Of a DNA stretch of 64,000 bases, positions 54,848 through 62,055 are shown one piece after another. The DNA lies in the IMG/VR virus record IMGVR_UViG_3300025121_000282, positions 1-64,000 of that record. The stretch is one strand, 5' to 3'. The translations under genes and the position numbers were made by a program. How positions within the stretch are numbered: position 1 is the first letter of the stretch; each line of letters opens with the position of its first letter. The notes below the pieces were generated by a model, which saw only the letters and a list, made by a program, of their open reading frames with translations, was not told where the DNA came from and did no database searches.

Positions 54848-55303
54848 ATGGCAATGGTTCGCGCAAAATACCGGTGCATGGCCTTGACCCAGCATTATGA
54901 TGGTCATACAACAGCAACGTTTCGCCCTGTTTACCGCAATAGTAAACAAGGACCGGATGAGGAAAACAAACTATTCAGCCTGGAGACACCATCCGGCGAG
55001 GCTGAACTGAACTACACCGAGTGCCCAGCCGATTTAAAAGCTGGTGATTTTTATTATATTGACATGGAAAAATGTACTGGTGAAGAATGCCCACAGGCTT
55101 GGACCATAACAGGGACTGAGCGGCAAGCTGGATGGAACAACACTAAAATTACTTTAGCTCTTCCATGGCAATACTCCTCTGCAAATCCCCGATGCGGTTC
55201 TGTCCAGCTTGGGATTACTCGCCAGGAGACCGCTGACTTATTTACTCCTTTTGGTAGTAAGTGGAAAGTGACATTTAGTTTCGCTGAAAAGTCAGCTGAC
55301 TAA
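54848..55303 (+). CDS. hypothetical small beta protein, apparently two tandem domains
   Basis: 'VRAKY...TPSGEAEL...GDFYYIDM' followed by a similar '..CGSVQL...GSKWKVTF'; GGAG ribosome-binding site. Confidence 0.65.
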   Translation: MAMVRAKYRCMALTQHYDGHTTATFRPVYRNSKQGPDEENKLFSLETPSGEAELNYTECPADLKAGDFYYIDMEKCTGEECPQAWTITGTERQAGWNNTKITLALPWQYSSANPRCGSVQLGITRQETADLFTPFGSKWKVTFSFAEKSAD

Positions 55304-55338
55304 AGATTTTGGTTACTTTTTATGACTTGGTACCTGTA

Positions 55339-55398
55339 CCAACCTGAGGGCAACCAAAGATGTCATTCAAGAAACTTTCTGCTCAACTCCGATCCGCT
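55339..55398 (+). repeat. 5' cassette repeat (UTR plus first 13 codons), copy 1
   Basis: 54 of 60 nt identical (my count) to 61542..61601. Confidence 0.9.
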
Positions 55399-55743
55399 CT
55401 AAAGTTTTATGATATAGCCGAAACAATAGACATGGGGGACATAAGGGTAGACCTGCGAGACCGAGATACATGGTATGGTATAGCTGGGGACTTTAGGGGT
55501 ATAGAAAAATCATGGAAAGATGGCCCTCCTATTTACACCATAGAAGTAGCAGACCGTCTTGATTTGTTATCTGACTACGACAATGAAGATGTGGTATAGC
55601 TGATAAACGAAACGACCGAGACTCTGCGTTTGATGCTTGAGAGCACATACAAAACTATATCTCAAGAAGAGGGGTATCATTTGATCCCATCTCCAGAGAA
55701 AATATTTGAAAGCCAAGACGCCTACATAAAAAGTGGTGTGTGA
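55360..55743 (+). pseudogene. KLSAQLRSA-leader protein interrupted by an in-frame TAG at 55597-55599
   Basis: The ORF track stops at 55599, but the frame stays open for 47 more codons to TGA 55741-55743, about 20 nt before the hairpin. Read-through length is 127 aa. Confidence 0.55.
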
Positions 55744-55763
55744 CAAGTAACGCAACCCTGTAA

Positions 55764-55814
55764 CTGAGCCCCAGTTTTGAGTTTTCCTCACTGGGGCTCA
55801 GCTGTATTTGAAAT
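55764..55814 (+). terminator. hairpin with GTATTTG tail, 3' cassette repeat copy 1
   Basis: 12-bp stem ctgagccccagt / actggggctcag; 55765..55814 is 49/50 identical to 61935..61984. Confidence 0.8.
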
Positions 55815-55864
55815 AGCTCTTTATTGGTGTTCGTACACACAAGAAGCAATGGAGATGTACGAGC

Positions 55865-56311
55865 ATGGAAAAGTTGTCTGTACTTTTACTGAAGTCAGTG
55901 CTTGGTGGTGAGTCTAGTGTTCCTAAAAAATACATGCACATTGACTTCAAGCCTCCTATGTCGGTAGCAGATGCCGCCGCCAAAGGGCTTGAATACAGGA
56001 GAAGAGCCTCTCCCTCAAATAAAGGAGGCTTAACTCCTGCAGAAGCTGCTAAGCATGGTCTGGGGTCCGGAGTACAAAGGGCCATAAACTTAAAGAACAG
56101 AGACCGCGTATCACCAGAAGTTATACGCCAGATGGTATCTTTCTTTTCACGTCATGAGAAGAACGCAACCATAGAGCCTGAAAACAAAGAAACCCCTTGG
56201 AACGACAGGGGTTATGTCGCGTGGCTTCTTTGGGGTGGAGACCCGGGCAGGTCCTGGGCTAATAAGGTTATGAACCAAATGCGTGCAGCAGATAATAAAT
56301 ATAACGATTGA
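55865..56311 (+). CDS. conserved phage hypothetical protein (WLLWGGD motif)
   Basis: 'AAAKGLEYRR', 'MVSFFSRHE' and 'GYVAWLLWGGDPG' resemble a widespread small phage protein family; function unknown. Confidence 0.6.
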   Translation: MEKLSVLLLKSVLGGESSVPKKYMHIDFKPPMSVADAAAKGLEYRRRASPSNKGGLTPAEAAKHGLGSGVQRAINLKNRDRVSPEVIRQMVSFFSRHEKNATIEPENKETPWNDRGYVAWLLWGGDPGRSWANKVMNQMRAADNKYND

Positions 56312-56332
56312 CAGTCCGACTTATAATGGGAA

Positions 56333-56360
56333 GTACTCCATAACTAGTAGTGTGGAGTGT
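56333..56360 (+). promoter_or_regulatory. hairpin overlapping the Shine-Dalgarno sequence of the PARP gene
   Basis: actcca (56335-56340) / tggagt (56353-56358); TATAAT at 56322-56327 just upstream. Confidence 0.4.
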
Positions 56361-57910
56361 CTCAAGTGGGAACTATTGCGCACAATGTCGTCCTCAACTT
56401 CACTGATCTGACTGGCGACAAGACCGGCTGTGTAACACTTGGCTCCAATAAGTTCTGGAAGGGCCACGTGGTTGATCACGGAAATGGTACTGCAGACTTC
56501 GAGTGTAAGTGGGGCCCTACAGGAGAGCCTGGGTCAGACAAAGGTAGCAAGAGGGGGATTTCACTTGCTGAGGCCATCAAGATTCTCAATTCGAAAGTGG
56601 CCGAGAAGGAAAAGAAGGGTTACACCCGCCTTCAGGTACGGGATGATGCTGAAGAGGCCGCCAAGCAGGCAGCGAAGGGCATCGTAGCGGCTGTGGCTCC
56701 TGGCATTGCAGCTGCTCCAGCCCCCAAGCGTATTTTCCACCCTGAGGTGGGTAAGCTTCTCTCCACGATTTATGGAGCTACATCTACAGTAGTTCGAGCC
56801 GGTTTGTCATCTCAGGCGGGTGCTACAGCTAGCAATCCCATCGGAAACCTCTCCGATAGCCAACTGGACATTGGTGGGTCGATCTTGGATGAAATCGGAC
56901 TCGCTCTTGAAGCTGAATTCGGTCGAGAGTCCACCAACAACAAAGCCACCACTTTCCCTCTCGCCAAAGACGGCACTCCCAGTCCGAAAGTGATCGACCT
57001 GACCAATCGATTTATGTCCAATGTTCCAAGGGAAATTGGGCGAGAAATGCGTGGTCGTGAGAATCTTCATCGACTGGTCATCTCAAGTTATGAGCGCCTC
57101 CAGGCTCAGCGTGAATTCCTACAACTGTTGAGAGACGCGCATCTGACGCAAGCAGTCTTTCAGGCAGCAGGAGCACAGACTGCCTCCTCTGACAAAGAGG
57201 CAGTCTGGTACGACGGGTTGAATTGTGCCATCGAGCACTTGGACCCAGCAAGTCCCGAATTCCGCAGGGTGGTCGAGATCTTTAGCACTGGCCAGAGTCA
57301 GAAGAACTCAAACTGGTTTCGTAATGGTCGATCCACTCTGCGAGTGGCTAACGTTTTCAAATACTGCAGAAACGGAACGGAGTCCACTTTTAGTGCCTAC
57401 GCCGACAAGGTAGCCCGAAAGCCTGGAGCAGTTGGCAAAATCATGGCATGGCATGGTACGAAAGCCGAAAACACTATCGGGATATCCAAGCAGGGTCTTT
57501 TGATGCCTGAGAATTTGCCGCGGGGTGTGAGTCAAACTGGCAAAGCCTTTGGAAAAGGGATCTACCACGCCCCTAACTTCCTCGTTGCTGGAGTTAAAAC
57601 GGTTGGTCCTTACCCCACTGATGGTACTAATGGTGCGCTCAAGAGCATGAACTATACCGGCATGTCTGGAGCCGCTTATGGTGGCGGGAATGCCGCGGCA
57701 TACATGTTTCTTCAAGAAGTGGCTTTGGGTAAGGCTGATGTCCATTTCTCAGCTTGTTGGGATAAACACCGCCCCAACGACTTCCCGAACAACGACTTTA
57801 TCTTTGCTTGTGGTGCCAAGAACCAAGGCGGTTTTGTCCACGACGAAATTGTGACATTCGACCAGAACGCACAGAAGTTCGCTTATTTACTTCTCATCAA
57901 GAGTGTCTAG
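56357..57910 (+). CDS. PARP-like ADP-ribosyltransferase with WGR, helical regulatory and catalytic domains (start possibly GTG 56366)
   Basis: WGR-like 'SNKFW...CKWGPTG'; regulatory-like 'IGNLSDSQL' and 'DLTNRFMSNVP'; catalytic H-Y-E triad 'WHGT', 'FGKGIYHA', 'HDEIVTFD'. Confidence 0.9.
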   Translation: MSQVGTIAHNVVLNFTDLTGDKTGCVTLGSNKFWKGHVVDHGNGTADFECKWGPTGEPGSDKGSKRGISLAEAIKILNSKVAEKEKKGYTRLQVRDDAEEAAKQAAKGIVAAVAPGIAAAPAPKRIFHPEVGKLLSTIYGATSTVVRAGLSSQAGATASNPIGNLSDSQLDIGGSILDEIGLALEAEFGRESTNNKATTFPLAKDGTPSPKVIDLTNRFMSNVPREIGREMRGRENLHRLVISSYERLQAQREFLQLLRDAHLTQAVFQAAGAQTASSDKEAVWYDGLNCAIEHLDPASPEFRRVVEIFSTGQSQKNSNWFRNGRSTLRVANVFKYCRNGTESTFSAYADKVARKPGAVGKIMAWHGTKAENTIGISKQGLLMPENLPRGVSQTGKAFGKGIYHAPNFLVAGVKTVGPYPTDGTNGALKSMNYTGMSGAAYGGGNAAAYMFLQEVALGKADVHFSACWDKHRPNDFPNNDFIFACGAKNQGGFVHDEIVTFDQNAQKFAYLLLIKSV

Positions 57911-58001
57911 AAAAGCAAACTTCAGTCTTGACAAGTCTCGATTGACCCTACCCCTCTTGTGACGAATAAGTTGTAAGCCCTAACCAACTGGAGTATATAC
58001 T

Positions 58002-58145
58002 ATGGTCATCATCGTTATCCTGCTCGTCTGCTCTGCCCTCGGCTATGCCATGGCGGGAACCCGCAAGAAGGCCCTTGGAGCAATCCTCGGTTTCTTCCTG
58101 GGACCATTCGGTATCCTGATCGCCGCCATTGCGTGCAAGGACTGA
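58002..58145 (+). CDS. 47-aa two-TM membrane protein (not in ORF track)
   Basis: Translated by hand as MVIIVILLVCSALGYAMAGTRKKALGAILGFFLGPFGILIAAIACKD; GGAG ribosome-binding site upstream. Confidence 0.75.
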   Translation: MVIIVILLVCSALGYAMAGTRKKALGAILGFFLGPFGILIAAIACKD

Positions 58146-58149
58146 TGCC

Positions 58150-58470
58150 ATGAGCACTTATTCAAAATGGCTTCTGACCATCTTGTCCGTGGTTGCCGTG
58201 CTTTCGGGCGCTACCTACTTTCATCGCTATAGGAAAGATCACTGCAAGGAACGACTCAAGGCGCAGGCTAGTGAATTCGCCATAATGAATGAGGGGGAGG
58301 TCCGAGCGTGTTATGGTGATCTCACCACGAGTGCGGCCCTGGATACCCATATCAAATCACTCGGGTTGGCTTCTGGGGCTGAGCTGACCTGGAGTGAGAG
58401 GCATGACGCCTTTGTCGCCATTGCCAAGGGTAGGTTCGCAGACGGCAATACGGGAGGACTGGTCAAATGA
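58150..58470 (+). CDS. N-terminally anchored membrane protein
   Basis: MSTYSKWLLTILSVVAVLSGATYF hydrophobic anchor; in frame with track ORF 58129..58470. Confidence 0.6.
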   Translation: MSTYSKWLLTILSVVAVLSGATYFHRYRKDHCKERLKAQASEFAIMNEGEVRACYGDLTTSAALDTHIKSLGLASGAELTWSERHDAFVAIAKGRFADGNTGGLVK

Positions 58471-58646
58471 ACACCCTCCTGAAACTCGCCATGACCTTTC
58501 TTTTTGCTACGGGCTGTGGTCGAGGCACCACGTGTACGAGTGGTGCAGGCTGCTTCGTCGGGCTGTATTGCACATCTTCGGGGTTCTGCCAGGACAATTC
58601 CGAGAATGCACCAAAGGTCATCTACATTTACAAAGACTGCCGCTGA
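58467..58646 (+). CDS. 59-aa Cys-rich putative lipoprotein (not in ORF track)
   Basis: MNTLLKLAMTFLFATG|CGRGTTCTSGAGCFVGLYCTSSGFCQDN...; lipobox-like Cys and an ATGA overlap. Confidence 0.75.
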   Translation: MNTLLKLAMTFLFATGCGRGTTCTSGAGCFVGLYCTSSGFCQDNSENAPKVIYIYKDCR

Positions 58647-58648
58647 AC

Positions 58649-58870
58649 ATGAATACCCTCCTAATCCTCACCTTCATCCTGGCCTGTGGGTGCTCCCGTC
58701 TGGGAGAGGATTGCTTCAACCATTGGGATTGTGACGACAACCAGAGGTGTTCTTTTTCTGGCACCTGTCGTTTGTCTTGGTATCTGGACAGATGTGTGGA
58801 GAAGAATTCCTGCGCCCATGGGCTGTATTGCTCAGACCCAGGCGTCTGCCTGCGGGAACCGAAGGACTGA
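58649..58870 (+). CDS. 73-aa Cys-rich putative lipoprotein
   Basis: MNTLLILTFILACG|CSRLGEDC..C..C..C plus a second C..C..GLYC..C module. Confidence 0.75.
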   Translation: MNTLLILTFILACGCSRLGEDCFNHWDCDDNQRCSFSGTCRLSWYLDRCVEKNSCAHGLYCSDPGVCLREPKD

Positions 58871-58874
58871 TCCC

Positions 58875-59141
58875 ATGAACACCTTCCTCAAATTCCTTCT
58901 GATCGCGTCCCTCATTGCCCCCAGCGCCGTTCAGGCCAAGCCCTGCGGTCGCGGGTACATCGCGGACAACAAGGTCTGTCACAAGGGTGGTGGATACTAC
59001 CTCCCGGCCCCCGCCCGCAAAGTGCCCAAGACCAAGGGACGTCTTGGTTCTGTGTGTGCCAGCAACTCGGAGTGCAAGAAAGGGCTGTACTGTACCACAT
59101 CGGGTTATTGTCAGGAGAACAACCACAAGGTGGCCAAATGA
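58875..59141 (+). CDS. 88-aa secreted Cys-rich protein
   Basis: Signal peptide ending AVQA, then 'KPCGRGYIADNKVCHKG' and 'CASNSECKKGLYCTTSGYC'. Confidence 0.75.
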   Translation: MNTFLKFLLIASLIAPSAVQAKPCGRGYIADNKVCHKGGGYYLPAPARKVPKTKGRLGSVCASNSECKKGLYCTTSGYCQENNHKVAK

Positions 59142-59473
59142 ACACCCTGAATACCATCCTGACAATAACCCTGGTCACTGCCCTCATCTTGCCCAATGCG
59201 GCCGGCGCCAAGCCATGTGGGGATAGTTACATCTCAGACAACGAGACCTGTCACAAAGGCGGGGGCGGGGATGACAGCACCCCGCCTTCTTGGGGAAGTG
59301 TTATCCTTTGGAGTTCAGTGGTTGTTGGGGGCTTGTTTTTCCTGGCCTGGGCCACGAGTAAAAGCGGCAACCCGTCTCACGGTACAGGTCCTGGCCCAAA
59401 TGTGCAGCGGGGCGACTCGTTCGAGTCCTTTGTACAAGACCTCGGCGGGACTGTCACTATCACTCACAAGTGA
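59138..59473 (+). CDS. 111-aa exported, membrane-anchored Cys-motif protein
   Basis: Signal peptide ending AAGA, 'KPCGDSYISDNETCHKG', then a TM helix. Confidence 0.75.
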   Translation: MNTLNTILTITLVTALILPNAAGAKPCGDSYISDNETCHKGGGGDDSTPPSWGSVILWSSVVVGGLFFLAWATSKSGNPSHGTGPGPNVQRGDSFESFVQDLGGTVTITHK

Positions 59474-59480
59474 GGAGAAA

Positions 59481-59702
59481 ATGGCACATAGACCTAACAG
59501 AACCCTGCAAGACACAGATGACCACATTGTTTCAATTGTGGTCGTGATTGTAGCCGTACTATTCGCACTTGGGGTTGGGGTGTATACAGTCTCATCCAGC
59601 ATCGACTGTGACCGCAAGTGTGCACCCAAGCAGGGTGTATTCGCCCGCCAAATCATGTCTTACCAGTGTGTCTGTGTAGACCCAGAAGACATAAAAGAAT
59701 AG
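59481..59702 (+). CDS. 73-aa single-TM protein with Cys4 C-terminal domain
   Basis: GAGGAG ribosome-binding site, TM 'IVSIVVVIVAVLFALGVGVY', then C..C..CxC. Confidence 0.7.
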   Translation: MAHRPNRTLQDTDDHIVSIVVVIVAVLFALGVGVYTVSSSIDCDRKCAPKQGVFARQIMSYQCVCVDPEDIKE

Positions 59703-59725
59703 CCTTTTAATTTGGTTTTGATGTT

Positions 59726-60109
59726 ATGCAAAAACTCTCTACCAAACTCAAAAACATATTCAGAAATAAAATCACTCCTCGGATCAAGACGGAGTTTGCC
59801 AATCGGGCCGAGAAGGCCGGATTGGACGGCAAAGGTCGTTTCCCTACTATAGGCAGGGCCATTAACATCATCAATGGCATCCTTGAAAAGCCCTACACCC
59901 TGAGTGATGGCACCCAAGTCTCCATAGAATTGGACGACATCACCTCTGCGGACCTTTTCGTGAAGAGTCCGGCACCCGCTCTTTCCATCTCGCCTTTAAA
60001 ACTACTGACCCTTTTCTCTCCGGACCCCATTGGCAACTCGATGCTTGCCATGTCCTGGCACTACATCAAAGAGCGGGACAACTACGAGGTCCTGGCCTAC
60101 CTGTCGTAA
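59726..60109 (+). CDS. hypothetical protein with KLS-type N-terminus
   Basis: 127-aa ORF starting MQKLSTKLK. Confidence 0.6.
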   Translation: MQKLSTKLKNIFRNKITPRIKTEFANRAEKAGLDGKGRFPTIGRAINIINGILEKPYTLSDGTQVSIELDDITSADLFVKSPAPALSISPLKLLTLFSPDPIGNSMLAMSWHYIKERDNYEVLAYLS

Positions 60110-60157
60110 TTGACCCGCTATAAACTTATGGTAAATAACTCCGAGGGACTATTATAA

Positions 60158-60592
60158 ATGACCGATAAACTCTCAGATCAACTCCGTTTTGCCATGGCTT
60201 TCTCCCGGAGAGATTTTATAGACAGAGCCCACGAGTACATTGCTGGTGCCATCATAGAGTTTTATAAGGTTAAGCTCGCTAAGAAAAATGGTTTTACTAA
60301 GTGGGTTGTACACTGGGATAACGAGTCTAAGCGGTTGATTGACAGACAACTTGTTCTGCTATTTCTGCACCCCATCCGTGGATTTAAAGACACGAAGTCT
60401 GCGGCTTTGCAGGCGCTTAGTGATATCATGGTTGGCAGCAATGGGTACCAAACTGTCGCCACTAATGATGTAAAGAAGGATTTTAAAGTTCAGGGTCTCC
60501 AGACAGGCCTAGACGAGCAAGACGCCCAAGACTTTAAAAACTGGGTCAGTTTGGCCATTGAGGCTAATCATGACCTGAGGGTCCGAAAATGA
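60158..60592 (+). CDS. KLSxQLRxA-leader protein, tandem paralogue 1
   Basis: MTDKLSDQLRFA; colinear homology to 60589..61008. Confidence 0.8.
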   Translation: MTDKLSDQLRFAMAFSRRDFIDRAHEYIAGAIIEFYKVKLAKKNGFTKWVVHWDNESKRLIDRQLVLLFLHPIRGFKDTKSAALQALSDIMVGSNGYQTVATNDVKKDFKVQGLQTGLDEQDAQDFKNWVSLAIEANHDLRVRK

Positions 60593-61008
60593 CCGATAAA
60601 CTCTCAGACCAACTTCGCTATGCAATGGCTTTCTCCCGTCGCGACTTCATCGACAGAGCCCACGAGTACATCTCAGGTGCTATCAGAGAATTCTATAAAG
60701 CTAAACTGGCCCGTAAAAATGGCCTTACTGAGTGGGTCACCCACTGGGATAACGAGGCAAAGCGTTTGGTAAATGACCAGCTTGCTGCGTTATTCTTGCA
60801 TCCGATTCGAGGTTTTAAAAACAAGAAACAAGCTGCCACTCAGGCATTCGAGGACATCTTTGAAAAAAGTGCGGGGTACCAGAGGATCGCTACTACTACC
60901 GTCAAACGAGACTTTAACGTCACCGGTCTAGTCCACAGCCTCGATGTCAGTGATGCTGATGAGTTTCGAGAGTGGGTATTGTCAGTCATCAGCGAGTCGG
61001 AGGACTAA
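60589..61008 (+). CDS. KLSxQLRxA-leader protein, tandem paralogue 2
   Basis: MTDKLSDQLRYA; shares SRRDFIDRAHEYI, HWDNE and FLHPIRGFK with the upstream gene. Confidence 0.8.
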   Translation: MTDKLSDQLRYAMAFSRRDFIDRAHEYISGAIREFYKAKLARKNGLTEWVTHWDNEAKRLVNDQLAALFLHPIRGFKNKKQAATQAFEDIFEKSAGYQRIATTTVKRDFNVTGLVHSLDVSDADEFREWVLSVISESED

Positions 61009-61013
61009 TTGCA

Positions 61014-61043
61014 ATGACTGATAAACTATCAAAGAGTCACTAG
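61014..61043 (+). pseudogene. truncated third copy or minigene MTDKLSKSH
   Basis: atgactgataaactatca matches the paralogue start, has GGAGG upstream, and stops after 9 codons. Confidence 0.5.
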
Positions 61044-61091
61044 ACAATACCCCCTTAATATGTTTTATTGGCAAAAATAGGAGTTAGTAAA

Positions 61092-61484
61092 ATGAATAAA
61101 CTCTCTGTCCAACTCCGTGAAGCCGCCGCAGACTACAGGTCTTGGTTCATTGTCCTTGACAAGGATGGGGACGAGCCGAAGACTGAGTACAAGGTGAGCG
61201 GGTGGACTACCCTGCTCAGTACCCTGGATGATGCAGCTGACGTGGCTGGTTATGACGCAGACGAGGAAAAGTATACCATTTTTGAGGTACTTCCCACTTC
61301 TGACATTTACCCCCACTCCAAAGCCATTGACCTGGGGGCCACAGGAGAACCGCACGAAGATGGGGCAGAACCTGGAGAATCAGAGTACCCTTCTGGTCAG
61401 CCCATGGCTATGGTAAAAGGCAAGAGCTATAATGTGGTTAAGACATACAAATATGACACAGACAAGAAAAAGTTTGTGAACTAA
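61092..61484 (+). CDS. acidic KLSxQLRxA-leader protein
   Basis: MNKLSVQLREAA; AGGAG ribosome-binding site before ATG 61092 (in frame with track ORF 61068). Confidence 0.75.
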   Translation: MNKLSVQLREAAADYRSWFIVLDKDGDEPKTEYKVSGWTTLLSTLDDAADVAGYDADEEKYTIFEVLPTSDIYPHSKAIDLGATGEPHEDGAEPGESEYPSGQPMAMVKGKSYNVVKTYKYDTDKKKFVN

Positions 61485-61541
61485 ATAGCACTGATCACTG
61501 GTCCCACTTGGTCATTGTTTTATAGGCCTTTGTGATTACAG

Positions 61542-61601
61542 CCAACCTGAGGACAACCAAAGATGTCTTTCAAGAAACTTTCTGCTCAACTTCGTTCTGC
61601 C
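61542..61601 (+). repeat. 5' cassette repeat copy 2
   Basis: 54 of 60 nt identical to 55339..55398. Confidence 0.9.
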
Positions 61602-61910
61602 GCTGGTAGTAAAATTGACGGCTCTATGTGTTTAACCAACGACCACGACATGGGAACCCCAACCAAGTTTGTGGCTTGGTCTTTTGACGCAGCTTTAAAG
61701 TACCTTTTAAAGTCTCCGCGTCACGCTGTTGTGCTAAAAAGCCCCGAGGGTAAGGTTGCAGTATTTTGTGGAGCAAGCGACGGTCCCAGTAATTATTATG
61801 TCTCAACTTTCCCTATGGACGACCCCAACGACGCAGACGGTGGGGACTGGACTGCTCGCAGTGCTCTTCAAGAAGCTTGCGGCATGACTGTTATGTCTTC
61901 TAACACATAA
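61563..61910 (+). CDS. KLSAQLRSA-leader protein
   Basis: Its first 13 residues are identical to those of the 55360 ORF; the remainder is unrelated. Confidence 0.8.
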   Translation: MSFKKLSAQLRSAAGSKIDGSMCLTNDHDMGTPTKFVAWSFDAALKYLLKSPRHAVVLKSPEGKVAVFCGASDGPSNYYVSTFPMDDPNDADGGDWTARSALQEACGMTVMSSNT

Positions 61911-61934
61911 AATCAGTTATTGTTAAGTTGGTGT

Positions 61935-61984
61935 TGAGCCCCAGTTTTGAGTTTTCCTCGCTGGGGCTCAGCTGTATTTGAAAT
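61935..61984 (+). terminator. hairpin with GTATTTG tail, 3' cassette repeat copy 2
   Basis: tgagccccag / ctggggctca stem; 49/50 identical to 55765..55814. Confidence 0.8.
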
Positions 61985-62055
61985 CAGTTATTAACTAACC
62001 AGTTATACGTGTGTAAGTAACACTGTACCATAATGTCTTACTGATAGAGTACAAA

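Noticed and set aside
56308-56327. Perfect TTGACA and TATAAT hexamers as one sigma70 promoter
   Set aside because: The spacer is only 8 nt, incompatible with 16-18 nt; only the -10 element is kept as a possibility.
57928-57970. TTGACA/TTGACC boxes before the membrane-protein array (similar box at 60110)
   Set aside because: No convincing -10 element at proper spacing (AATAAG, TAAATA); too weak to call.
58394-59702. Long overlapping track ORFs of 139-168 aa in the Cys-rich array
   Set aside because: Their upstream extensions overlap neighbouring genes in other frames. The internal ATGs (58649, 58875, 59138, 59481) give signal peptides and stop-start coupling, so the shorter genes were preferred.
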